Below are positions 51,766 to 64,000 of a stretch of 64,000 bases of DNA, piece after piece; the stretch's first letter is position 1, and every line of letters begins with the position of its first letter. The notes under the pieces were generated by a model, which was not told where the DNA came from, did not search any database, and worked only from the letters and a program-made list of their open reading frames with translations. The position numbers and the translations under genes were made by a program. The stretch lies in the NCBI GenBank assembly GCA_016748015.1, contig JAAOMT010000761.1, positions 49,331 to 113,330 of the forward strand. Direction: 5' to 3'. Source of the DNA: Geosiphon pyriformis uo1 (lineage: Eukaryota > Fungi > Glomeromycota).

Positions 51766-52091
51766 AATCTAAACTAAGGGGCCTCTAACTAAAAAATTCT
51801 GTCTTTTCTACTTCTAGCACTACTGCTATATATACATAATTGAGATTCCTCAATTCCTCAATTTTTCACACCAGGAATCCTGCAATTTCTGGGATCCTGC
51901 AATTTTTTTGAGAGAAATTTTGGAATTCTAAAATTTTGTGATTCCTTGTATAAGAATTCTGAAATTTCTGGAATCCTGCAATTTCTTTGAGAGAAATCCT
52001 GGAATTTCATATCTACTGTGCCTACTTTTGATTGGGTAATTTATATGCTAATATACTTCTTATATTCTATAAGTAACATTATTCCCTTCTT

Positions 52092-52721
52092 TTAATATTG
52101 AGCTCTGTCAAGATCTCCCAAATTTAATTCTCCATCTTTGAGTATTTCTTGAACTTCTTTTTTAAGAATTATTTGTGTTATTCTGTTCTGTAATTCTTCA
52201 AATTGGGCATTGGTTATTTTTCTCATTTGGTTTACTATAATAAAGTTTATTTTTGGATTAAGTAAGATTTTTGGTCTGTCTTGAAATCCAGTATGTAGCC
52301 AATAGATGGCTTGTGCTTGTGTAGTTAGGTTGTTCTTTTCTACAAATTGTTCCAGTTATAACAGTATAGTTGTATCAAATAATTGTTTTGTTTTATCCGT
52401 GTATAAGTTTTGAATGTTCAAGTACTGTCCCAAGTGAAAGTAACAGAAGTTTTTTGGAAATTGTTGTATTTACTAATTCCAAGTTTTTATAGTTAACTCT
52501 TGATAGTGGATGGTTTTTGGGTGTGTTTCTATTGCCAATTTTACTTTTGCAATTATTTTGTCCATAGTGTTTTCTGTTTTTCTCCGTATTTTGTTTTATG
52601 GTCTTTTTCTGGTGTTTGTGTATTAGATAATTTGTTGGTTAATTGTAATTTTCATTTCTTGTTGTTGTATTAGTTGGAAAAGTTGCTGTGCTAGTGAATG
52701 TATGCTGTTAGTGATTTCCAT
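52092..52721 (-). pseudogene. E ORF3 (env-position, 209 codons, single frame)
   Basis: MEITNSIHSLAQQLFQLIQQQEMKITINQQII*Y...NFCYFHLGQYL...QAQAIYWLHTGF...MRKITNAQFEELQNRI...DLDRAQY*; internal stops are mostly Gln-type CAR>TAR. Confidence 0.88.
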
Positions 52722-52780
52722 TTTCTACTGTTTTTTGTCGCATATACTGTGTTTTTATATACTTTTTTGATTGTTTAATT

Positions 52781-55700
52781 TTACATGTTTGGTTTAATGA
52801 TTATAATTGGTTCTAAATTTTGTGGAATCTCATCTGGTTTAATTAGTATTCCTTGTACTTCTAACTGTAGAATATTACTGGTGGATGATGTTGTTATATG
52901 GTGATATTGTTTCAGTCGATTACCATATGTTGTTTTGGTTAAGATTTTGTTGTTCAATCTTAATTTATAAGCTCTATTTCCAAGAATTTCTTCTATGTGA
53001 AATGGTCCATTTCATTAGAGGTCAAATTTTCCACTCCATTGTTTTTCTGCTTTGGTACAATGTAGAAGTACTTTGTTTCTAATCTTGAATTCAACTGGTT
53101 TCTCTGGTAGTTGGTTATTGTGTCTCTTTTTTTGTCTTTCTTGTGACTTTTGAATGTTATCAGCTGCTCTTTATCACATGTTTTCTAGTGTCTCCATTAA
53201 GTCATATGTTTTTTTCAACAATGTTCTTTAAAAATTCTCTTCCATTATTGGTTCTGTTAGATATGTTTTGACTTTTATTTCAACTGGTAATGTTGCTGTT
53301 CTACCATATACTAATTTAAATAGTGTTGCTTGTATAGTGTCTTGCTTTATTGTCCAATAAGCAAGTAATACTAATAGTATAATCAAGTTTTATTTGTTCT
53401 GATTTTTTTGGCTGATTTTGGCAATGGCTTTACATAATGTTCTGTTAAATTTTTTAACTGGTCCATTTGTTTGTGAATGATATAGTGATGATAATGGTTT
53501 TTTTATCCCAAATCTTTGATTCAATTCTGTTAATGTTTTATTCACAAAGTAAGTTCCTTGATTTGATAACAATTTTTTTGGACATCTGTATCGACAGATC
53601 AAGTCTTGATAAACAAATTCAGCAACAGATTCTGCATCTGCTTTTTGAATGGCTTTTGCATCTGGCCATTTTGTGTGATAATTTATGGCTACTGCAATAT
53701 ATCTGTTGCTTCTTTTGATAATTGTTAATGGTCCAACTAAGTCAATTCCAATGTGATCAAATAATTGTCCTACTTTAATTGGTCTCAATAGTTCACTGGA
53801 TTTTGTTTTTTCTCTTCTCTGGCAAGCATCACAATTTTGAACATATTGGATGATATTTGGATACATTGATGGCCAATAGTATCTTTTTCTGGTTTTTTCT
53901 ATAATTGCTTTTTTGTAAAAATGTTCTGTTGTTAAATTTGAGTGTATGTTGAATAATATTGTCTCTTTCTTTGGTTCTGTAATTACTCTTGTTGGTTGAT
54001 CTGGATTTCTTTTATTCTTCTGATAAAGTATATTTTAATGGTTAATAAAATATTTTGATTGTTGTTTTATGTTCCTTTGTTCCTTTTGAGATAATTTCTT
54101 CTTGAACAATTGGGTATTTATATAATGTTGGAGTTGTTGGTATTTTTGTATATTCATCTTTTGTTATATTTTTGGGTTGAAATGTATTTTTAGATTTGTC
54201 TCATTTATAACAATCCATCAGCATTTCCATTTTTTTTTCTTTTTTTATAATGTACTGTATAATTAAATAATGAAAGTTCTATTTTCCATCTGGCATAACA
54301 ATCATCTCCAAATTTTTGCTTCTGGATTGAAGTCAATCCTTTGTAATCAGTGTATATGTCAAACTTTTGACTCAAGTATTCTTTCCATTTGATGACAGTT
54401 CAATAGATTGCTAAGTGTTCTAATGCTGATGTTCTATAGTTTTTTTCAGCTGGATTCAAACTTTGGCTGGTGTATGCTACTGGATATTTTCTTCTATCTG
54501 GACCTCTTTGTGATAGTACTGCTCTCAATGCTTGGCCTGATGCATTGGTGGTGATTATGAATGGTTTGTTGTGATCTGGATACATCAACACTGGAGCTTG
54601 AATAAGCTTTCTTCTTAATGTGTCAAATGCTTCTTGTTGAGCTTTTGTTCACTTGTACTTTATATTCTTGGTTTGTAGATGATGAAGTGGCTGAGCCAGT
54701 TTAGAAAAGTCTTTGATAAAACAGTAATAATAGCCTGCAAATCTCAGAAATGCTCTTAATTTTGTCAAATTAGTTGGTACTGAAAAGTTCTTTACTATTG
54801 CAATCTTATCTGGATCTATTTTGATATCATCTTTGCTCACAACATGTCTCAAAAACTTGGGTTCAGTTTTTTCAAAGAAACACTTGGTTGCATTTAGCTT
54901 TAATTCAGCTTTTCTGAATTTTTCAAATACTTGTTGGAAATGATGCAGATAATTGTCAAATGTTTTTGAGAACACATTGGTGTTATCCAAATATACAACT
55001 ACTAATTTCTATAGTAATCCAGTATAGACAATTTTTATCAGTTATTGGAATATGGCTGGAGCATTCATCAAGCCAAATAGCATAACTTCAAATTTAAAAT
55101 TTCTTTCCCAAGTTGTGAAAGCTGTTTTTTTTTTATCTTCCAGTTTCATGGCTACTTGCTAGTAACCATTGTCTAAGTCTAATATTGAAAACCATTTTTT
55201 TTATCTAAAAGCATCAAACAGTTCTTGGATCTTTGGAGTTGGATAGTTATTTTCTTTGGTCATTCCATTTAGTTTCTGATAATCCACACAAAAATGGATC
55301 TTTCCATTCTTCTTCTGAACTAGTACCACTGGTGATAATTATGGATTCATTGATGGCTGAATTAGTCTGTTGTCAAGCATCCAATTGATTTCTTGACAAA
55401 TAATCTTATGGCTAGCTGGTGATATTCTGTATGCTCTCTGTTTAATTGATATTGTATCTCCAGTCTTGATTTGGAGTTAGATAATGTTAGTTTTGCCAAA
55501 TTTGTTTTTGCTTGCAAAAATGTCCTTGAAGTTGTTAAGTAATATCTTAAATTGCATATGTTGTAATAGATCTAGATTTCCCAAGTTCATCTGTTCCAAT
55601 TGTTCTGGTTGGAGCAGATAACATTCTCCTTATCTATATATGATTTGAGATGTGATATTTATATATCTACACAGTTGTAGAAAGTCTGAAATTGTGTTTG

Positions 55701-58700
55701 GAAATTGGTCTTCAATTTCTGTGGTTAAGTATCCAATAGTGGTTCTTTCTGGTATTTCAATAATACTTTTTGTGTTGTTGTAAATGAGAATTTTAATATG
55801 GCTGTGGTTTTTTGCTGGTATGTGTAAATTGACTAATCTAATCCTTTCTAATTCACAAAGTGTTGCTTCTGCTTCAAAAATCTGTACCTGATCCTTTACT
55901 TTTCTCTTTATAACTACCATGTACTGGTTATATGGTGGAATGAAAATTGGTTGACAGGTGAAGATAATTTCTCTCTTGTCAATAACCTCTTCTTCTACCA
56001 TATTGACTGGTATGTCTATTCTACCTGTTGATCCAAATTTTTGTATTCCTCTTGCTGTTATTCCTAATTTTTTTCTGTTTTCTATTGAAACTAATTGAGC
56101 TATTTTCACTAGAAGTAGGAATATTGCCTGTGTTATCTTTTCATTTAGATTTATGATATATGCCTTTTCTGAATTATTTTGTAGCATAGCAATGATATTT
56201 CCTACATATCCTGCATCAATTATTTCTCTTCTGATGTTGATTCCCTTTTTTGCTAAGCTACTCCTAAATACTAACTGCACCATTGTTGTTACTGAAATTT
56301 CCAGTACTATTTTGAGATCAATGCAGATGTGCAAATGGGATTCCAGATTGATCGGATTTTTTTCCAGATATCTCAGATCAAACTCTGCATCCATATTATG
56401 TGCATGTTCTGGCATGATACCTTTATTATTATTACTGAACCATCTGAGTTTTTGGTCCTTGGAAAGATTAGGGAATACAATATATGTTTCAGGGTTTGAA
56501 TCAGAGTTCAAATTATTATTAATTTTGTTACCATATTGAGCAGAGCTAGAACTATTGTTTTTGTTGTTGTTGTTGTCGGAATTTGAATCAGGATCGAAAT
56601 CTGATTTCAATTCCAATGTGCAGCTGCTGATTGGTTCTTCTTCTTCTGGGATTGTGTAGATTATGTGCATTGGTAAATTGTAAATGAGGTCACACTCATT
56701 ACAATATTGAAAGTCACATGGAATCAAACAGTAATTACATAATTGAATGTTGATTTTTTCCAAGTGTTGCTTCTGCTTTTTTCTTGTGGGTGCTAGCTCT
56801 TGGTAGTGTTCATAGAATTGTTCTGGGTCCAAGAGATTTATAACTGGTTTTGGGTCTCAGTCAAGTTCTATAGACTCTGGAAGGTTATTTTTGATCATCC
56901 TTATTTCTTCTAGTAATACTCCTTTGATTTTGGCGAGAGCCATTCACCAAATTTTGTTGTCATTGTATAGACATCCATCTAAGTGCTTGACTGCTTGTCT
57001 TCAGGCAGCATTTATGGCCATTTCTTTTCTTACCCAGTCACTTATAAGAATCATGTACTGACATGATTTGTCATATGTTCCTCCTCTCCCAGAAATGTCA
57101 TTCCACATTTCTTTGTCAAGGAGAGTTTTTCCACAAGCCAAACATGACTTATTATCCTATTTTTTTACTCATTTTGGTCTTCCAAAATGTTCAACAAAGG
57201 ATGAGTAGCAATAGAACTTAGTTGTCATCTAGTATTCCTTATCATTGCCACAGCATGCACTCATTAACAACAATTTTTTGCCACAATTGACACATTCTAG
57301 TTTCAGTCAACAATAATTAGATGATTGTGTTTGAGTGTAAATATATGGATGATGAGCAGAGATTGGTGTTGGATCTTCTTTCTTCTTTTTCCTTTTTTTC
57401 TCTTGATTGTCTTCTTTCCACTCCTAAGTTGTTGTTAGTTTGTCTTGATTGTTGTCGGTTTCTCAGACTTGGTCAGCATTCCAAATAAGTTTTTCTTTTT
57501 GTTTTCCTTTTCCTTTGTTATCCCAAGAGAGTATCAGTGGTAGCTCATTGTGGTCTTTGTTGGCCCAAGACACTTGATAAACTTTCCAGATAGGTTTTTT
57601 TTTTCATCCTCAAATTTGATAAGTGGGGCTGATGATATAATGATGAATTTGAAGTGTTTACACATGGCAGGTATTTGTGTGTGTCAACTGTTCTGGCTAA
57701 GCTGTAGTTCCTGTGTGTTCCAGTCAAGCATGGTGTTTGTTTTGACTAGTCAGTCATTATTAACTAGTGCTTGATACTGCATAGCCTCCATAACCAAAAC
57801 TTTGATTGGAGTAATAATACCATTTACTTTAAAGAGAAAATTATCAATTTCACTGATAGGAGTCTTGGTCGTTCTATCAGCTATTATTATTCTGACACTA
57901 ACAGCACAATTAACTTGGTAACCTAATTGGTTCATGAGTTGTTGTGTAATAATACTGCCTGCTAATCCACTATCAAAGATGAGTTTGATAGTATGGCCAT
58001 TTACTTTGACATCAGTGTATATGACAGTGATTGGTTTTTCCTCAAATATGGCTTCACTGAACAAAAAAGTGGCTGTTGGTTCTTCAATTTCAAAGAGAAA
58101 TATAGCTGTGAGTGACTCATCTTCTATGATGGTGGCTGGTGGTATGTTGTTGGTAAATGATTTTTGGTTTGTCTCCAAGTTGTTGGATGAGACATCTTTT
58201 GGGGTAACCAGGAGACTTAAATAGGTCTGAGAACTTGGGTTTTGAGTATACCTGGTTCCTGAACTCTGCTGTTGTGATCCTGACAGCTGATTAAATGAAC
58301 TGAGAATTGGTTGATAGATTACTATTGACAATCTTCAGCTTTGTTGTGTCAGTCTTGGCCTTTGGATTCCATTTTGAGGTAAGTTTTGTAGTGGTGTTTG
58401 AATTTGTTGGGGTTGATAGATTACTTGGGGTGGTGGCTAATAAATTGGCTGGGACTGCAGTTAATAAATTACTGGTGTCATTGGCTGATAAACTGGTGGT
58501 TGATAGATTGGCTGTTGTGTCATAAGTAGGTAATTTGGTTGATATAATTCTGGGTTTGATTGATAATTTGGAGTTTGAAACCTGTGATCGGAATTTTGAT
58601 ATTAATTTCCCAATTGTTGGTTTTTTTTTCTTAATCTACAGTCAATTCTCAAATGCCCTTGTTTACCACAGTAGTGGCAAACATGTGTTTCTTGCTGCCA

Positions 58701-60049
58701 CTGTTAATTGGTGAAGAATGATGGACACAGCTGATTCTGGAAATGATTTGCATTTCCTTGATTATTGTATCATTGTGAAGGTTGATAAATTGTCTGATTG
58801 TTAGCTAAGTATCTCTTTAATTTTTTATCAATGGAATCACTGAATTGTTTCAGCTTAGAATTCAATTCAAATGATCCATTTATCACTAGATTGACAGCTT
58901 AAGTGTGGTTGGCTTTGAGTTTAGCAGTTTCGAAATCTTGTGCATTGGTAACTGCATCTTGGAGAGTTTGTGGGTGCATTGAACATATGTGCTAGAGAAT
59001 GCTACTGCATAGTCCATGTATAAACTGGTTTAGAATCTGTAATGCTGTAAAATAGTCAGCTTGGATTGCTTGAATTTGGTGCAGATTTCTGTAGAAGCAT
59101 CTTAAGTAAGTAGTGACTGCTTCAGTTTCTTCTTATTTGATGGTAGTGAAGGTGTTGGCTAGGCAATTAATACTGTTGCTGTTGTTAAAATATCTTAAAA
59201 ATTCCAATTTAAATGCATTGAATGTTTGGGGTTTTTGAGCCAAGCTATGATACCACAAGTCAGTGACATTCTAAAGAAAATAAAGAATTGCTTAAAAGGC
59301 TCTGACATCATCCAGTTATTAGCAGTGATAGCTTTAACAATGTCATTAATCTACATTTGTGCATTGTTCTCTTTACCAGAAAATTTTTCCACCTTTGCAA
59401 TTGGTGCATATGCCATTTGTTGTTGTTGTTGTAGTGGTTGAAGTAACAATGATTGGAATCTTGATGGTGTTGGTGATTGCAATTTAAATTCCTCAAAATA
59501 TTCACTGTATAGTCCTAATAACTCTGCTCTTCTTTGTTTATTTTGGAATGAGAATTGTCCAAAAATTAATGTCATGTTTGATGTGGACATGTCTACTGAG
59601 AAAATATTGATAACACTTCTTGACATATAATGGTATGATGGATTGGTTGGTGATTCAACTCTGGTTTTCTTCTAAATAGGTGGTTGTATCTGTTTTGGTG
59701 TTCCTGCTGGTGTTTGCAATCTTTCTTTGTTTTTGTTTGTGTAGGTAATAAGGAATTGTTGTTGGGTGTACTTTTTAATAGTTTGATTGATTTCTCTGAT
59801 GATTGGTGCAAAACTGTAATTTCTTAGTAGACTGGTATGTTGAAACAATTCTGTATAGAAATTTTTTCTTGCAGATTCAATGTTAACTGTTCCTCTTAAG
59901 CAGTCTGTGATTTTATTATTAACGTAGAAGTTAAAGACTAATTCTGCTGAGAAGTGGTTATTGTTTAATTCTAATTGTTGGCTGTACTATTGAAATAAAG
60001 ATTTAGCAAATCCTAGATAGTTTGTTCCTATTATTTCTGATTCTGCCAC
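52781..60049 (-). pseudogene. E gag-pol polyprotein
   Basis: MAYAPIAKVEKF (59416); CHYCGKQGHLRIDC; LIFDSGLAGSII; 400-aa ORF 55630-56832 with dUTPase (AEFDL, RSSLA, IDAGYVG, ITQ, RGIQKFGSTG); RT YLDNT; IN GIDLVGPL. Confidence 0.93.
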
Positions 60050-61191
60050 TTTTGGATGATTATTGTTGGTGCTGATTCTCTGTAAAATTATACCTTACAG
60101 GGAGCACCAAATGTTACAAGTGATTATTTGGGGTTTCAAAGCAAATAACAAACCTGTAACTTGGTGCTCAATTGATGAATAATGTTGCTAATATCTTTAA
60201 GTTGTTGGTATCTAAAGGTTTTCACAATCTAAAGATTTTGGTTGAGTCTTTTGTATAATGGACAGAGATTCAATAGTTGTTTCAGTAATCTCCTGGAATT
60301 GCAATTCCATCAAATTTCTTTCTTAGCATGGTGGTCAGTATTACAAGTGTTTATTTGGGGTCTCAAGTCAAATAACAAACCCATAACTTGGTGCTTGATT
60401 GATCTTGTGGTTGGTAAGGTTTGAAAGTGTGTTTATCTGAAAGTTTGGTTGTGGAGTTATTTGTATAATGAACAGAGATTGTAATATTTGGTTTCAGTAG
60501 CCTTCCAGAATTACAATTCTGTTGAATTTTTTTTTCAGCGTGGTGGCTGGTAATCCTCCTGGTAAGCTATCCTCAAATCTATGAGTGTTCTACCTTTGTT
60601 TCACAGGTCTTTTACCAGTTTCTATAATGTCTGTATCTCAGTGCTTAATTCTTAATCAATTTAGTAAAACCAAAGAAATAACAAAAGAAATAAAAGAAAA
60701 TAAAAGAAATTAAAAAAACAAGTAAAAGCAATTACAAGTTAGTATTTCGTTAATAGCAGTGATCAAGAGCTATTGTTCTAGTGTGATCAAGTATCAATTA
60801 CTATCAACATGAAGTGTTAATAGTGGAGAGTAAATTAAAATGGTAAATAATTATTTATTGATATTTTTGAATGGAAGGTTTTTAACTATTGGATTCTGTC
60901 TTTTTTACTTCTAGCACTACTGCTATATATACATAATTAAGATTCCTTAATTTCTTAATTCTTCACACCAGAAATTCTGGAATTTCTGGAATCCTGCAAT
61001 TCCTCTTGAGAGAAATCCTGGAATTTTGGAATTCTGCAATTTCTTGTACAAGAATCTTGAAATTCCTAGAATTCTGTGATTCCTCTTGAAAAGAATCCTG
61101 GAATTTCACATTTACTATGGCTACTATTGATTGGCTAATTCATATGCTAATATACTCCCTATATTTTATGAGTAACATTATTTCCTCTTTT

Positions 61192-61820
61192 TTAATATTG
61201 AACTCTATTGAGATTTTCCAAATCTTCTAGCTTTAGTTCTCTGTCTTTGGGTATTTCTTGAACTTCTTTTTTGAGAATTACTTGAGTTATTTTGTTCTGT
61301 AATTCTTCAAATTGGGTGTTAGTTATCTTTCCCATTTGGTTAACTGTAATAGAATCTATTTTTAGATTAAATAAGATTTCTAGTCTATTTTGGAATTCGG
61401 TATGTAATCAATAGATGGCTCTTGCTTGTGTTGTTAGATTGTTCTTTTCCACAAATTGTTCCAGTTATTGCAGTATTGTTGTGTCAAATAATTATTTTGT
61501 TTTATCTGTGTATAAATTCTGAATATTCAAGTGTGGAAATAACAAAAGTTCCTTGAAAATTTGTGTATCCACTATTTCCAAGTTTTTTTGGTTAACTCTT
61601 GATATATGATAACACTTGTTAGTTCTTCCATTGTTAATTTTATTTTCAGAACTATTTTGTTAATAGTGTTTTCTGTTTTCTTTTGACTTTTGTATTTGAA
61701 TATCTTTCTGATATCTTGGTATCGAATAATTTGTTGATTGATAGTAATTTCTATATTCTGTTGTTAAATTAGTTAGAATAGTTGTTGTGCTAGTGAGTGG
61801 ATATTGTCAGTGATTTTCAT
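61192..61820 (-). pseudogene. F ORF3 (env-position)
   Basis: MKITDNIHSLAQQLF...QARAIY...QFEELQNKI...NRVQY*; close homolog of E ORF3. Confidence 0.85.
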
Positions 61821-61880
61821 TTTTCTGAAGTCTTTTGTCGTGTCTGCCATGTCTTTATATACTTTTTTTATTGTTTAATT

Positions 61881-64000
61881 TTATGTGTTTAGTCCAATGA
61901 TTATAATTGGTTCCAGATCTCGTGGAATCTTATTTGGTTGGACTAGTATTTTTTGTACTCCCAATTGTGGAATGTTATTGGTAGATGGTGACACTATATG
62001 GTGATATGGTTTCAGTTAATCACCATGTGCTGTTTTGGTTAAGATTTTGTTGTTTCATCTTAATTTATAAGCTTTATTTCTAAGAATTTTTTCAATGTAA
62101 AATGGTCTGTTCCATTTGGGGTCAAATTTTTTACTTCATTGTTTTTTCACTTTAGTACAATATAAAAGTACTTTGTTTCCAATTTTGAATTCAACTGGTT
62201 TATCTGGTAGTTGGTTATTATGTCTTTCTTTTTGTTTTTCTTGTGACTTTTGGATGTTATTATCTGCTTTTTGTTATTTGTTTTCTAGTGTTTCTATTAA
62301 GTCATATGTTCTTCTTAGTAACATTTTCTGAAAATTATCTTCAGTTATTGGTTCTGTTGGATAAGTATTGACTTCTATCTCAACTGGTAATGTTGCTGTT
62401 CTACTGTATATTAATTCAAATGATGTTGCTTGTGTTGTGTTCTGCTTTATTGTCTGATAAGCAAATAATGCTAATGATATAAACAAGTCCCATTTATCCT
62501 GGTTTTTTTGACTGATTTTGGTAATTGTTTCACATAATGTTCTGTTAAATCTTTCAACTAACCTATTTGTTTGTAGATGGTATGGTAATGATAATGGTCT
62601 TTTTATCCTAAATTTTTGACTTAATTCTGCTAATGTTCTTTTCACAAAATGAGTTCCTTGATCAGATAATAATTTTTTTAAACATCTGTGTTGACAGATC
62701 AAATCTTGATGAATGAATTCAGCAATGAATTCTGCATCTGCTCTTTGAATGGCTTTTGTTTTTGGCCATTTTGTAAAATAATCCATAGCTACTGCAATAT
62801 ATCTATTGTCTCTGCTGGTAATTGTTAATAGTCCGACTAAGTTAATTCTGATATGGTCAAATAGTTGTCCCACTTTAATTGGTCTCAATAATTCACTGGG
62901 TTTTGTTCCTCCTCTTCTTTGACAAGTATCACAATTTTGAAAATATTGGATGATATGTGGATACATTAATGACCAATAGTATCTTTTTTTGGTTCTTTCT
63001 ATGATTGCTTTTTTATGAAAATATCCTGCTGTTGGATCTGAGTGCATGTTGAATAATATTGTCTCTTTCTTTGGTTCTGTGATTACTCTGATTAGTTGAT
63101 CTGGATTTCTTCTGTTCTTCTGGTACAGTATATTTTGATGGTTGATAAAATATTTTAATTGTTGTTTTATGTTTCTTTGTTCTTTTTGAGATAATTTCTT
63201 CTTGAATAATTGGGTATTTATATAATATTGTAGTTGTTGGTATTTTTGTATATTCATCTTTTGTTATATTTTTTGGATTGAATTGTGTTTTAGATTTGTC
63301 TCATTCGTGACAGTCTATTGGCATTTCCATTTTTTTTTCCTTTTTATAATGTACTGTATAATTAAATGATGAAAGTTCTATTTTCTATCTGGTGTGGCAA
63401 TTGTTTGCAAATTCTTGTTTTTGGATTGAAGTCAACTCTTTGTAATCAGTGTACACATCAAACTTTTAACTCAAGTATTTTTTCTATTTGATAACAGCCC
63501 AATAAATAGCTAAGTGTTCTAGTGCTGGAGTTTTATAGTTCTTCTCAGCTGAACTTAAGCTTCTACTAATGTAAGCTACTGAATGTTCTCTTCTATCTGG
63601 TCTTTTCTGTGATAGTACTGCTTCCAATGTCTGGTCTGATATATTGGTGGTAATAATGAATGGTTTGTTGTGATTTGAATACATTAACACTGAAGCTTGA
63701 ATAAGCTTTCTTTTCAGTGTATCAAATGCTTCTTGTTGAGCTTTTGTTTATTCATACTTTACATTCTTAGTTTGTAAATAATGAAGTGGCTGGGCCAGTT
63801 TAGAAAAATCTTTAATGAAATGACAATAATATCCAGCAAATCCCAAAAATGCTCTTAATTCCGTCAAGTTAGTTAATACTAAAAAGTTTTTTACTATTGC
63901 AATTTTATTTGGATCTGTTTTAATGCCATCTTTGCTTACCACATGTCCCAAAAACTTGAGTTCAGTTTTTTCAAAGAAACATTTATTTGTATTTAGCTTT
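61881..64000 (-). pseudogene. F pol 3' part (RT thumb, RNaseH, integrase)
   Basis: 327-aa ORF 62274-63257 with HSDPTAG..CDTC, LLSDQG, LVERFNRTL; LRAFLGFAGYY; KWDRPF (GPY/F module). Confidence 0.93.

Larger units (their letters stand above)
51766..60338 (-). mobile_element. E: near-complete Ty3/gypsy-like element; 3' LTR truncated (52078 to ~51766), 5' LTR (from 60112) interrupted by F
   Basis: PBS 60093-60109, gag-pol, ORF3, PPT AAGAAGGGAAT-AA, TGTTACTTATAG at 52078. Confidence 0.93.
60339..64000 (-). mobile_element. F: Ty3/gypsy-like element inserted in the E 5' LTR; 3' LTR 60339-61177, ORF3, IN, RNaseH, RT end (runs off window)
   Basis: Minus strand TGTTACTCATAAAA at 61177 ... TTGTAA(C>T)A at 60339; PPT at ~61180-61191. 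Confidence 0.93.

Noticed and set aside
44240-58525. Recurrent antisense ORFs (44240-44665, 45926-46324, 56153-56539, 57934-58224)
   Set aside because: They mirror pol codons on the opposite strand and start/stop at inconsistent positions among copies.
60112-61177. A single LTR with a duplicated U5 shared by tandem elements E and F
   Set aside because: A second complete LTR terminus starts at 60339 in the middle of E U5 and the two U5 sequences differ, which fits insertion of F into the E 5' LTR.

Overview
Eukaryotic, very AT-rich, CpG-depleted transposon graveyard, most consistent with a Glomeromycotina fungus (inference from the Crinkler-like SAM gene fragment and the repeat types). Apart from one host gene fragment (321-605), almost everything interpretable is decayed retroelements. 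There are two full-length APE-RT-RNaseH LINEs (~1815-8556, ~11200-18876), a solo LTR inside the second LINE, and a nested stack of Ty3/gypsy-like LTR elements from three families (labelled O1, O2, A, B, C, D, E, F). Only B (28534-38129) is complete with both LTRs and a target-site duplication. Across the copies the LTR elements show a retrovirus-like layout: LTR - TT - tRNA PBS - apparently GUG-initiated extended Gag - protease - ~210-aa multi-CxxC domain - dUTPase (plus a second dUTPase-like domain in one family) - RT - RNaseH - integrase ending in a conserved LEPI(I/V)xI peptide - a separate ~210-aa ORF3 in the env position ending (F)DGAQx/DFAGAQ - PPT - LTR. U5 also carries an anti-PBS sequence able to fold over the PBS. 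All repeats are riddled with C>T/G>A transitions, also outside CpG, suggesting a RIP-like repeat mutator. Coordinates were read by eye; fuzzy boundaries may be off by tens of bases.
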